A stretch of DNA of 64,000 nucleotides from Macrostomum lignano (Eukaryota). The stretch is taken from contig NIVC01001275.1 in the NCBI GenBank assembly GCA_002269645.1, positions 186,001 to 250,000 on the forward strand, written 5' to 3'. Below the pieces are notes generated by a model. It did not search any database and was not told where the DNA came from. It saw only the letters and a program-made list of their open reading frames with translations. Numbering within the stretch: the stretch's first letter is position 1; each line of letters begins with the position of its first letter. Shown in pieces: positions 32,825 through 46,100 of this stretch. A program made the position numbers and the translations under genes.

Positions 32825-33138
32825 CTTAGCAACCAATAACCTGCCTTAGCAACCGATGCTTAACCCTAGCAGCCAATATCCTGCTTTAGCAACCAATGCT
32901 TAACCCTAGCAACCAATAACCTGCCTTAGCAACCGATGCTTAACCCTAGCAACCAATAACCTGCCTTATCAACCGATGCTTAACCCTAGCAACCAATGAC
33001 CTGTCTTAGCAACCGATGCTTAACCATAGCAGCCAATATCCTGCCTTAGCAACCAATGCTTAACCCTAGCAACCAATAACCTGCCTTAGCAACCATTGCT
33101 TAACCCTAGCAACCAATATTCTGCCTTAGCAACCAATG
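32825..33138. repeat. 40-bp dimeric minisatellite (tagcaaccaataacctgcct + tagcaaccgatgcttaaccc)
   Basis: About 8 copies between the FAU 3' end and the D2HGDH 5' end. Confidence 0.88.
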
Positions 33139-33360
33139 CCCTCTCACTCACAGCTAATAATGCCCTTCCTTAAATACCAATTCCTTCTCTAAAGCTAGCA
33201 ACACTAATTATGAAGTTATCAAAAAACTAACCTACACAATTAAAAAGAGCCATTAAAGTTATTAAGTTTCCTATCTTCACAAGCTTTTACATGACAACAA
33301 AGACCAGAAAAGAACCAACAAGTCATTAATACGCCAGGAACCGCGTGCGGCATGATCTTG

Positions 33361-33366
33361 TTTATT
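33361..33366 (-). terminator. polyadenylation signal AATAAA of FAU
   Basis: AATAAA lies ~120 nt after the FAU stop and is followed by a U/GU-rich stretch. Confidence 0.55.
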
Positions 33367-33487
33367 TTCCAATGCAAACTATAAATAAAAACTGCCGCTC
33401 AATGCGCCTCGAAGCCTTAACTTATTAGGTAGGCCCTGTCATCAATCAATCAAATCAGTCTTGTCTAAGCTTAATCGCTTCCATTAA

Positions 33488-35545
33488 TCAAGAGTTGGCG
33501 TTGGGTCCGCGACGACGACCGCCCGGCAGGTTGACAGTGGCCACGAATCGCTTGTTGTACTGAATGCGGCGCTTAGCCCGGCCAGTTTTGGCCTTGTGCT
33601 TCTCCTGCTTGGCCACTTTTGGCGTCTGGCCGCGCACTTTGCCAGCTCGGGCCAGCGAGCCGTGCACCTTGCCGCCGGGTAGCAACGCCTGGATGTCCAG
33701 AGTGGTGCCTTCGGTGGCCACCTGTGGTACAGCGGAGGGGGTAGGGGTGGGACATGACACTTGCTTGATACAAATCAAAACCGTTTCTGTCATTTTAACC
33801 TAGAGTTCAGTTGTTCTTAATCAGATCCCACAATAGCTGTCAATCCAATCAGATCCCACAATAGCTGTCAATCCAATCAGATCCCACAATGGCTGTCAAT
33901 CCAATCAGATCCCACAATAGTTGTCAATCCAATCAGATCCCACAATGGCTGTCAATACAATCAGATCCCACAATAGCTGTCAATCCAATCAGATCCCACA
34001 ATAGTTGTCAATCCAATCAGATCCCACAATAGCTGTCAATCCAATCAGATCCCACAATAGCTGTCAATCCAATCAGATCCCACAATAGCTGTCAATCCAA
34101 TCAGATCCCACAATAGTTGTCAATCCAATCAGATCCCACAATAGCTGTCAATCCAATCAGATCCCACAATAGCTGTCAATCCAATCAGATCCCACAATAG
34201 CTGTCAATCCAATCAGATCCCACAATAGCTGTCAATCCAATCAGATCCCACAATGGCTGTCAATCCAATCAGATCCCACAATAGTTGTCAATCCAATCAG
34301 ATCCCACAATAGCTGTCAATCCAATCAGATCCCACAATAGCTGTCAATCCAATCAGATCCCACAATGGCTGTCAATCCAATCAGATCCCACAATAGTTGT
34401 CAATCCAATCAGATCCCACAGGCACAATAGTTGTCAATCCAATCAGATCCCACAATGGTTGTCAATCCAATCAGATCCCACAATAGCTGTCAATCCAATC
34501 AGATCCCACAATAGTTGTCAATCCAATCAGATCCCACAATAGTTGTCAATCCAATCAGATCCCACAATAGCTGTCAATCCAATCAGATCCCACAATAGCT
34601 GTCAATCCAATCAGATCCCACAATGGCTGTCAATACAATCAGATCCCACAATAGCTGTCAATCCAATCAGATCCCACAATAGTTGTCAATCCAATCAGAT
34701 CCCACAATAGCTGTCAATCCAATCAGATCCCACAATAGCTGTCAATCCAATCAGATCCCACAATGGCTGTCAATCCAATCAGATCCCACAATAGCTGTCA
34801 ATCCAATCAGATCCCACAATAGTTGTCAATCCAATCAGATCCCACAATAGCTGTCAATCCAATCAGATCCCACAATAGCTGTCAATCCAATCAGATCCCA
34901 CAATAGCTGTCAATCCAATCAGATCCCACAATAGCTGTCAATCCAATCAGATCCCACAATAGCTGTCAATCCAATCAGATCCCCAATAGCTGTCAATCCA
35001 ATCAGATCCCACAATAGCTGTCAATCCAATCAGATCCCACAATAGCTGTCAATCCAATCAGATCCCACAATAGCTGTCAATCCAATCAGATCCCACAATG
35101 GCTGTCAATCCAATCAGATCCCACAATAGCTGTCAATCCAATCAGATCCCACAATAGTTGTCAATCCAATCAGATCCCACAATAGCTGTCAATCCAATCA
35201 GATCCCACAATAGCTGTCAATCCAATCAGATCCCATAATGGCTGTCAATCCAATCAGATCCCACAATAGCTGTCAATCCAATCAGATCCCACAATAGCTG
35301 TCAATCCAATCAGATCCCTAAAATAAGTGCTAAGTTAGCAAGCCAAGCATGCACTATGCAAAACTCACAGTCGCAATGGTGGCATCATCGTCCAGAGCTT
35401 CACCGGCAGCGGCAAACACAGCCAGGCCTAGAGGAGAGGCGCCGCACTGTTCGCCAGCCCAGGTCTTCAGGTCGGCAATGGTGTCCTCGGCGGCAAACTG
35501 CTTGGCGATGGTGTCGCCAGTAGGCAGGGATACAAACACGGGCAT
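33488..35545 (-). CDS. FAU: ubiquitin-like FUBI - 40S ribosomal protein S30 (eS30) fusion; exons 35545-35369 and 33721-33488, 136 aa
   Basis: ...LLPGG|[39 protein letters not shown]...GPNANS. Donor ACT|GTGAGT and acceptor CACAG|GTG are phase 0 and give a 76-aa UBL. Confidence 0.96.
33820..35318. repeat. intronic satellite, 28-bp unit agctgtcaatccaatcagatcccacaat
   Basis: About 53 near-identical copies fill most of the FAU intron. Confidence 0.96.
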
Positions 35546-36599
35546 GATTTCTGGCAGGTTCTCTTTGCGTTGGATTGCTACTAGGAGCTGAAGATTGATG
35601 GGATTAAAAAGTACTCCAGAGTGCAGATTAAAGAAGACTGACAATAGTCAGTGTTCCAGCTTCATGTTACTTGTACTTGATGCTCACATATAACATGTTT
35701 TCCAGACAATTGCTATTATAGACAATGGAATATTCCATATTTGTACTATAGTACTAGATAGGACAAAATCTAGTGTTATATATTAATAAATATTGGCCTT
35801 AGGATACACCAATATTATTAGGATCATTAACCTTTCTGTAATGTTGCCGTTGTTTAGATTATTTACATAAGCCCTAAAGGCTTGGGTTATTTTTTTTTAA
35901 ATACAGGCTATTGTTCTATTATAAAGATCATGCAAAATATATGCTAGAAAAATTGATATATTAAAAAATAAGTGTTACCACTCTAGAAAGAGAGCAAGAT
36001 TGGTACTCAAGAGCTGTAGCCCCTCCCTATTCCTCCCTTGACACAGCCACTGGTGCCAACTATAGGCCAATGTCAACTGTATATTGGTAACCCAAAAAAA
36101 TTATATTGGGAATTTTTTGGTATGTCCTATATCTCTATATGCTCTTAATAGCTAGAATCCTCCAATATATATGCTAGAAGCCATCTGTCTCTTTGTATGT
36201 GTATAAGATATGCCAAGCAAAAAGCATAAGTTGCACCAGTTTTAAATCATCTAGACTCTTGTTGTGTAGTAGTTTTATCTACTGCCTTTTTGTCTACTAG
36301 TAGATGAAATACAAGGTAGCATTTTCTAATAAATATAGGACATAACATTGTCCCAGTCTTGTATGTATACCCAGAACTGGATTAAAGTAAATGATATATA
36401 ATTTATTGTCTGCATCAATGTATAAAAGTTGTTTTATATCTTTGCAATAGTTTTATATTTTTGTGTATATACCTTATTGGAAGGAAACCTTATTTAGCCT
36501 TTATTCAATCATTCGAGTCAGTGATATTTTTAAACTTTCATTGGTCATGGATCTTGCACTTCATTTCCAAAATAAAAAAACAATAAATGAAGCTGGTTG

Positions 36600-37420
36600 A
36601 AATACCAAACTATTTAAGTGCTACAAGGATACTGTACTTTGGATTTCAATTAGTCATTCAATTGGATCAGTTAGTGTGACAAACCAAGGATGAACATTTT
36701 GCTCAATTATAGGAAGTAGTTTGCAAAGGCAATGCTAACTATAAACACTGGCGACTGCTAATGAGCAAAGATTGCTAAGCAAGTACATCTGATCTGTTGG
36801 AGTTATATTTCTTAATGGGTAATATTTATATATAACAAATAAGGAAGTAATTGATGAGAATTGTTGCCAACTAGCCAAGCTATGCAAAGATTCTGGCTAT
36901 CTAGTATGCACAATTAATGTTCTATGCAGCAGAGCCAATTACCAACTTGAAGATATCTAGAACCAACTAGGCCTGATTCAAAAGCTTCATCTGGTTGTTG
37001 GTTGTTGTGTAATACTAATGAGGAATATTGTCTATTTAGTGGCTTAGTTAATAGATCTAATGGAATTATTTATAGAATATGCTATATGACATGTACAAAA
37101 CTGCCTAGTCTGCCTATAGTGGTATGGGTTGAGTTCAACAAATATAGTAGGAACTTGCATTGTCTATCCAGGAATAGCAATGACCTCAGTGGAGAATGAT
37201 TCCAATTGGAACAATCAGAAAAGCCTCTGTCATTTGTAGTATCCAACAATTGCCACTAAAATTGGCCTAGGTTATTACAATTCACAATTTGCAAAGAATG
37301 ATACTGAACAAAATTTTTATTGACATAGGCTATGGCCAAAGCAAATAAAAGTCAATAGTTTGGCTTGCTTTACATTGCACTATTGTGTTTATTGTCTGAC
37401 AGATTTGCACATCAATGCTT
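36600..37420 (+). pseudogene. decayed Pif1-family helicase (Helitron RepHel C-terminal part)
   Basis: Piecewise translation gives V*QTKDEHF (cf. RQxxDxxF), VILMRNI, SGLVNRSNG (cf. GLVNGxxG), PIVVWVEFNKY and QLPLKLA*VITIHNLQRMILNKIFIDIG (cf. QLPLRLAWAITIHKSQGxTL). Many stops and frameshifts. Confidence 0.75.
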
Positions 37421-37699
37421 GCAAAAGTAAAAGTATTTGTACCAGTGTATATACCTTTAAAAGCTGAATATTTTAAATGAATTAGCAATTATCAACCAAG
37501 AAGAAGTGGAACTTGTCCAAAGCAGGGGTAAGTATAGTATTAGCTTATTAAATTTTAACAATGCAAATGTTGATTGGAAACATTATATTACATGTACTTA
37601 TTTTTATTTTAGATTATATCTTTAGAGTTGTTTATTCAAAATTGTTATTCATTTAAACATCTCAGGTGAAATGTTTGTCATATTGTCAGTAGTAGCTTA

Positions 37700-38950
37700 G
37701 CATAGCCAAAACAATTTGCTTAAAGCATTTTGCCACACTAAAAAATAGTAGCAGCTCCTAGATGTATATAATTGTGCTAAGCTAATGCTAGAATTTAAAG
37801 CAAATATCAGTTTAGTGAAAGTGTATTTGATAGAGACTATTAGGAAAACAGTATGCAATTCTAATGTTCAAACTTCTATAATCAGTTGTGTGCATTCAGG
37901 CAAGGTAAAAATCCAGTTGCAATAGTTGCAGTTGTAGAGTAGCAGAGCTCTATTCCAATGTTGACAATAGAAGTTCAGGAGTCTGAGGATATGATCTTTG
38001 CAATTGTTTATCAATCAATTGCTATGAAGGAAATGTCTGAAGTCTATCCAGAAGTGCTACTATTTGACACTACTTATAAGGTGGACAATTGTAACATGCT
38101 ACTCTTTTGCCAATGGTTAAAGATGGTGACAATAGTATCTAAGTATCTAAGACTATTAATACTAATTGCTAATGAAATAGCTAAGACTGTAGCAAATGCT
38201 GTAAACTTTTTATCACTTTTTGTAGCATATGATAAAGTTTGCTGCTTAATAGTTGACAAAGACCTGACAGCTTTAAAAATTTTGAATAAGTGCTTTTACA
38301 ATGCTAAGCCAAATTTGTGCAAATTTCACATTTTATGAACTCTTATGAAAGTGCAGTCCTTAAGCTCCTAGAAAATATGGTCCACACAGTGACAGAAGCA
38401 GAATTTGAAAGATCTCATTGCCAGCTGCAGCAATTGGCATTGCCATATCTTCTAGAGTACTTCAAAAAAGTAGGTTCTCTTGTAGGCATCAGTGGGCAAA
38501 GTGCTATAGGAAGTTTTGCCTTAACCTTAGTACAAGTGATACTCAGCAACTAGAATGTTTTCATTGGTAGGTGAAGGATATCATTAGACACAATTTGGAG
38601 ATTACATTTTTTGTTGCCAACTTTCCATTCCTACTTCACTCAACTGATAAAAAGTTGAATCACTAGGTATTCAATACAAAAAACAGACCAACAACAGTAC
38701 TATCAAGCTCAAGCTTTTTATACAAATAATTTAAAGTCTTGGCACCATTTCCTTTTGCTCAAATTGAGAAGAAATCAAAGAATGTGTCATTAACCACTGT
38801 CACTGAAAAGTTAGAAAATAGTTGAAAAGGTGTTCTGCGTGTTAGTAGTCTAACTTGCCAGTGTGCTGCCTTCAATTCCTTTTCACTGCCATGTAAGCAC
38901 ATTTTGCAACTCCAAGTATGGGAACTCTTGCTATTATTTCATGAAGATTT
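37700..38950 (+). pseudogene. decayed MULE/Mutator transposase (MULE domain + SWIM zinc finger)
   Basis: YPEVLLFDTTYKV, LIVDKDLTAL...LCKFH (DDE core and CxxH) and CQCAAFNSFSLPCKHIL (SWIM) at 38856-38905. Frameshifted. Confidence 0.78.
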
Positions 38951-39460
38951 GATCATATGATGATGGTTTCATAGCTACTGGCTTTCTATGACTAGATTGA
39001 ACTCATCTAAGAGCTCCATTACTATCCATTCAATTGACAAAAAAGTGTGTTCTAATAGATACATAGAAATTTTTTCAAGTGTACTCAGTTTGCAAATAGC
39101 TAGCACAAATCATTATCTGTTAGAATGGTTCAGTTAAGAAATTGAATGTCACTTCTGGAGCAAATGCTTTAGGGCTAGAAAGAAAGTCACTCTATTAGTA
39201 TCCACTCCATATTAGGAATAAACCAAACATCCTTTGTGCCTGCATTAGGAAAGCATAGAATACACACCCAATGACAATATTTTTGCTACATTTGGCATTG
39301 ATGCAAAGCTTGAGGTAGATATTCTTACATTTTTTACTTATACATTTTTAGCAACTGGATGCTGAGCAAATGCCCAAGGCTAAACAACTGGGGCTTTGGA
39401 GTCATTTAAGGTTTGTTTTTGGGAGTTATTTCCTACATGCAATAGTTTTTTACTTGCAAT

Positions 39461-40488
39461 CTAGTGTCCTCCTTTGGGGCACCCAATAAGGAAGGAACAA
39501 AAATTATTTATACAAATCCATTAAAAAGCACATTTTCTTAAGAACCAACTTATTTTTTAGTTTTATGCTAATATAAACCACCTTATTTTAGTAAAATTTT
39601 CACAGACAAATATATTTGCTATGAATCTATATATTGCCTTAAAGTAAAATGACACAAAAAAATAAAGCCTTCACAAAAGAAACATGCATTCCCTAGACCC
39701 CAACACCCCCTTAAATAGCAAGCACTCCCAGATAGCAAACATCCCTTAGATTGCAAGCATCCCCCAGATAGCAAGTATCCCCCCAGATAGAAAGCATCCT
39801 CTAATAGTAAGCAACCCCAGATAGCAAGTATCCCCATAGATAGATAGCAAGCATCTTTAAGATAGCAAGCATCCTTCAAATAGCAATAAACCCTAAACAG
39901 CAAGTATACACCCCAATAGCAAGCACCTCCCAGATAGCAAGCAAACCTAGATAGCAAACATCCATGGATATAAAGAATCACTAGATAGCTAGCAACCCCC
40001 TCCTTAGACAGTAGGTACCCCCTACCCCTGAGAGCAAACATCTCCCCAATATAACAAGCAACCCCAGATAGCAAGCATCCACTAGACATTAAGTAGCTAA
40101 TGCAACAATTTCCTTAGCTAATGCAATGATTGCTATCTTAGGTAGTGCAATAATCATTTATTTATCAAATGCAATAATTTATGTCTTAGCTAGTGCAACA
40201 ATCCTTTTCTATCATCAAGCATATTTTTCCTCTAGTGCAATAGTCGACATTTCATCTAATACAAGTATCCTTTTTTCATTTAGTGCAATAATCCTTTACT
40301 CATTAAGCACAATAATGCATGTTTCAACAAGTGCAATAATCCTTTACTTACTAAGTGCAATAATCATTGTCTCATCAAATGCAATAATCATTGTTTCATC
40401 AAGCATAATAATCTTTTATTATTCTCATCAAGCATAGGGATATGATCATCAAGTGCAATAATCATTGTGTTTTTAATAAAAGCTTTCA

Positions 40489-40532
<44 letters not shown>

Positions 40533-41178
40533 CTATACCAAGATTTGAACAAAGGTTGCTGCAGTAGTATTTCAGTCTGTTCATATCTAGGCTAGCTCTT
40601 CATTGAATTTATAAAATGAATTTGTAGCACTTATAATTCAATACTCATACCAAGTCAGATAAAGTAAAAGTTATATAAAGCAATTATGACAATCAATTTT
40701 TTCAGGTAAGTCAATACTAGTCTTTATTAAAGTTAGCAATATGGTTATGCAACATAAATAAAGTCTTTTTTTATACTTCCACACTGCATTTTTAACACTG
40801 GCGCAATTCAATTCAATGTCGAAAATCAGCTAGGGGCCTAATAGATAGACTGAATAAATAAAAAGCCTAGTCTAATATAATTTATTCATAATCAGATCTT
40901 AGCTAGTCAGTTTTTTCCTTAGCATTCTTACAATGCATTTCAAGTCAAAAATTGCTTGACCTTTGCAAAAAAGCATGTTTTTCACATATTTAATCCTTTT
41001 AGCATTAAGCAATTCCTTAACCATGTTGATTGTTGTATATACTAGGCCTATCATGGAAACAATTCTGATCAAATGGTGCAAGTTTGAAAGAATATTTTTT
41101 CTTCGATCAATTATATATCTATCTTATTATCTACTTATCTAAATAAATATTGACAAACCATTTTCAGTATATGAAGTC
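39461..41178 (-). mobile_element. older, diverged copy of the non-autonomous Helitron at 43141-46925
   Basis: Carries the same 18-bp agatagcaagcatcccc array (39700-40085) and the same following spacer. 40480-41175 aligns by eye to 46350-46920. CTAG at 39461 is next to a cctcctttgggg hairpin remnant. Confidence 0.55.
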
Positions 41179-43140
41179 ATTTGTAGTCCTAGTTTTTTAT
41201 ATTAAATTATTTTTTGATACTAAACTTTTTAACAAACAAACCAAAAAGGCTTATTAAAGCATTACTAAAGCTTTACTAAAGTTTACTTTAAAGTTTACCT
41301 CCAAAGTTTATAAATGGTCTTAATGACAACCTTTTCAAGTTTTATTTTAACAAATTCCTTTGGCACTAGGTACTAAGTCTATCTATAGAAATACTTTAGC
41401 AATTTTTTTTAACCTATTACTATAGGTATAGTGAGTAATGATATTTAAAAGCCTTCATGGTTTATAGACTTACACATATCTTAAATATGCTTTAGTAAAC
41501 TCATTTTGGTTTATTTATTTAAAACTTTTAATTTTATATAAAAATAATTTACTCTAAGAAACTATAATTAGGGCCTATGCTAACATGTATATATAATATA
41601 TTGTCTAAATTTCTATGATCTAGAATTACATAGAATAAGCCTAATAAATCTAAATAAATTATCTACTCATTATTACTAATGGGGCCTATAGGCCCTAGGC
41701 CTATGTATTGTGCACTGCATTGACTCTAGTTAAAAATAGGCCTAAGCATCTTGGCCATAGACTAGGCCCTCATTATGGTAGCCTTCTAGCTTAAAATAGT
41801 TCATGGGGCCTAATCATAAATAAATTTCTAGAATAAAAATAGTTTAAAGAATAGGTCTTGATAACTCAGTCACAACTGGCCAACTGTTGTATAACTAAGC
41901 CTAGGCTAGACCTAAAATAGGTAATGGGCAATGGCTAGAGTTCCGGCACTGGAACCTGTTTTCTAATGGCTATGGATCTGTCTAAAAATGTGTCGGCAAA
42001 AGTTATACAGGTTATGGATCTTCTGGCAGTCTTCTGCAGGTAGTTATCTACTAATAGTGCTTGATTACACTTAAAACACTTAAAATGTTGCAAAAAGTGT
42101 CGGCGAAAGTTATATAGGTTAGGCCTATGGATCTGGCAGTCTTCTGCAGGCAGTTATCTACTAATGAAGTCTTTGAACATTAGAAGTATCTTGTTTTGAA
42201 TGTCATTGTTTCATTTTGATCTTATCTTGAACTAAATCCCAATATCAACCACCCATTAAAAAGTAAAATGTTTTTGCTATATTATACTGGCATTCCTTCA
42301 GTATACAATCATTGAAATTAGTGACAATCCCCATTGCCATTGGAGGGATAGACCTAGAAAGATGACGAAAGTGCTGTTTTTTCATCAAAATGCAAAACAA
42401 CAGCTGGCAACGCCAACAAGCACTCCGATAATTTTTATTTATCCATCATAACACAGGCTTATAGCTACAGATAATGTTTGAATGAAAAGAGAAGGTAAGG
42501 GGCTTTGTGCTCCACTTCACTTCACGAGTCCAAGAATCGAAGACGATCCTATATATCCACTTCGGTTTATGATTATTTAAATGGGAATAATACATGTAAA
42601 TGATCGTGAACCGAAGCTAGCCATGTATCGAGATAGCTACAAGCATTATCTGAAATCAAGCACTATGGCACTAAGCACTAAGCACTATCCTCCTTGTGGA
42701 GGAATAGAGCCTGTTTTCCTAAACATAATAAACACACTATAAACTTCAATGCAATACTTACTTAAGTAAGGTACCTTATCAGTGCTGTTACAGTTCTATT
42801 TTAAACACAAGAAATCGTAATGCATACGTACGTAGCCGCAGTACATTAACGCACACTAATCTATAAAAAGAAGATGACTCTACTAGTAGACCATAATTAT
42901 GTGATTATGTTGTGACCGGACCTTTTTCTCAGCAGACGACGCGCTTTTCGTTTTGTATAGTTATTTTACAAACTTTAAAGAATACACATACGTATTGCAA
43001 ATACTATAAATAAATGTAAGTATTCTGTATTGATTTTTTTGACTTCTTTACAAATTTTTGTTAATTCGGTATATATTTTGAAATGAAAATTCTACTAAAT
43101 AGCTTAATTCCTTGGAATTTTTTTTCTTTTTAGAAAATTA

Positions 43141-46100
43141 CTAGCAATCTTCGCCCCCCCCGATGGGGGACATCTGGATAGAACTTCTGTTCTCTACAAG
43201 TAAAAAAACCCCGCCAAATAGAGTCTTCACAAAGACAACAGAAAAACTGCTCAAATGAAGCGCAATGCAAAAAGAAAACATCCCAAGACAGCAAGCATCC
43301 CCCCTCCCCCCCCAGATAGCAAGCACCCCCAGATAGCAAGCACCCCTAGATAGCAAGCACCCCCCAGATAGCAAGCACCCCCAGATAGCAAGCATCCAAT
43401 TGATAGCAAGTATCTATCCTTAAATAGCAAGCATCCACCAGACAAAAAGTATATAGTGCAACATTTCCTTTTAGCTTTCTAGGGGCTCCTTTATGATTGG
43501 CATGACGCTTCTTATTACGTTTGAAAATGTCTCTCCTGTGTTTGAAATGGTGGCTATTTTATGTTTGAATTGGTGGCTTTTTAATGTTTGGCATGGTGAC
43601 TCTTTAATGTTCTACATGGTGGCTCTTTAATGTTTGACATGGAGTCACATATATGTTTCACATGGTGGCTCTTCTATGTCTAACTTGGTAGCTCTTTTAT
43701 GTTTGACATCGTGGCTCGTTAATGTTCGACATGGTGGCTCTTTAACGTTCGACATGGTGGCTCTTTAATGTTTGACATGGTGGCTCTTTACTGTTCGACA
43801 TGCTGGCTCTTTAATGTTTGACATGGTGGCTCTTTAATGTTCAACATGGTGGCTCTTTATTGTTTGACATGGTGGCTTTTTAATGTTTGACATGGTGTCT
43901 CTTTAATGCTCGACATTGTGGCTCTTTAATGTTCTACATTGTGGCTCTTTAATTTTCTACATTGTTGCTCTTTAATTTTTGACATGGTGGCTCTTTAATG
44001 TTCTACATTGTGCTCTTTACTATTTGACATTGTGGCTCTTTAATGTTCTACATTGTGGCTCTTTAATATTTGACATGGTGGCTCTTTAATGTTCAACATG
44101 GTGGCTCTTTATTGTTTGACATGATGGCTACTTAATGTTCGACATGGTGGCTCTTTAATGTTTGACATGGTGTCTCTTTAATGTTTGACATGGTGGCTCT
44201 TTAATGTTTGACATGGTGTCTCTTTAATGTTTGACATGGTGGCTCTTTAATGTTTGACATGGTGGCTCTTTAATGTTTGACATGGTGGCTACTTAATGTT
44301 CGACATGGTGGCTCTTTATTGTTCGAAATTGTGGCTTTTTAATTTTCTACATGGTGGCTCTTTAATGTTCTAAATGGTGGCTTTTTAATGCTCTACATTG
44401 TGGCTCTTTAATGCTCTACATGGTGGCTCTTTATTGTTTGACATGATGGCTCTTTAATGTTTGACATGATGGCTCTTTAATGTTTGACATTGTGGCTCTT
44501 TAGTGTTCTACATTGTGGCTCTTTATTGTTTGACATGATGGCTTTTTATTGTTTGACATCATGGCTCTTTAATGTTCTACATTGTGGCTCTTTATTGCTT
44601 GACATGGTGGCTCTTTAATGTGTGACATGGTGGCTCTTTAATGTGTGACATGGTGGCTCTTTAATGTTTGACATGGAGTCACGTATATGTTTGACATGTA
44701 GTCACGTATATGTTTGACATGGTGGCTCTTTAATGTTTGACATAGTGGCTCTTTTATGCTTGAAATGGTGGCTCTTTAATGTTCGACATGGTGGTTCTTT
44801 AATGTGTGACATGGTGGCTCTTTAATGTTTGACATGGAGTCATGTATGTTTTTGGCATGGAGTCACGTATATGCTTTACATGGTGACTCTTTAATGTTCG
44901 ACATGGTGGCTCTTTAATGTTTGACATGGAGTCACATATATGTTTGACATGTAGTCACATATATGTTTGACATAGTGGCTCTTTAATGTTTGACATAGTG
45001 GCTATTTTATGCTTGACATGGTGGCTCTTTAATTTTCGTCATGGTGGCTCTTTAATGTTCGACATGGTGGCTCTTTAATGTTTGTTATGTAGTCATGTGT
45101 ATATGTTTTACATGGTGGCTCTTTAATGTTAGACAGGGAGTCACGTATATGTTTGACATGTAGTCACGTATATGTTTGACATGGTGGCTCCCCTAGATAG
45201 CAAGCATCCCCAAGATAGCAAGCATCCCCCAGATAGCAAGCATCCCAAAGTTAGCAAGCATCCCCCAGATAGCAAGCATCCCCAAGATAGCAAGCATCCC
45301 CCAGATAGCAAGCATCCCCAAGATAGCAAGCATCCCTCAGATAGCAAGCATCCACCAGATAGCAAGCATCTCCCAGATAGCAAGCATCCCCCAGATAGCA
45401 AGCATCCCCAAGATAGATAGCATCTCCAAATAGCAAGCATCCCCAAGATAGATAGCATCCCCAAATAGCAAGCATCCACCAGACAATAAGTAGCTAGTGC
45501 GACAATTTCCTTAGCATTATAGCGGCTCCTTTAAAATTCGCTTACTTTTACGTTTGAAATTGTGTATCTTTTATGTTTAACAGGGTGGCTCTTTTATGTT
45601 ATACATTGTGGCTCTTTTATGTTATACATTGTGGCTCTTTTTTGTTCTACGCTCGTACATGGTAACTCTTTTATGTTTGACACGGTGGCTTTTCAATGTC
45701 TGACATGGTGGCTCTTCTATGTTTGACATGGGGGCTCCTTTATGTTTGACATGGCGGCTCTTCTATGTTTGACATGGGGGCTCTTCTATGTTTGACAAAG
45801 TGGCTTTTTAATGTTTGACATGGTGGCTCTATTATGTTTGACATGGTGGCTCTTTAATGTTAGACAAAGTAGCTCTTTAATGTTTGACATGATGGCTCTT
45901 TAATGATAGACATGGTGGCTCTTTAATTTTTGACATGATGGCTCTTTTATGTTTGACATGGTGGCTCTTTAATGTTTGACATGGTAGCTCTTTTATGTTC
46001 AACATGGTGGCTCTTTAATGTTCGACATGGTGGCTCTTTTATGTTCGACATGGTGTCGCTTCAATGTTTGACATGGAGTTACCTATATGTTTTACATGGT

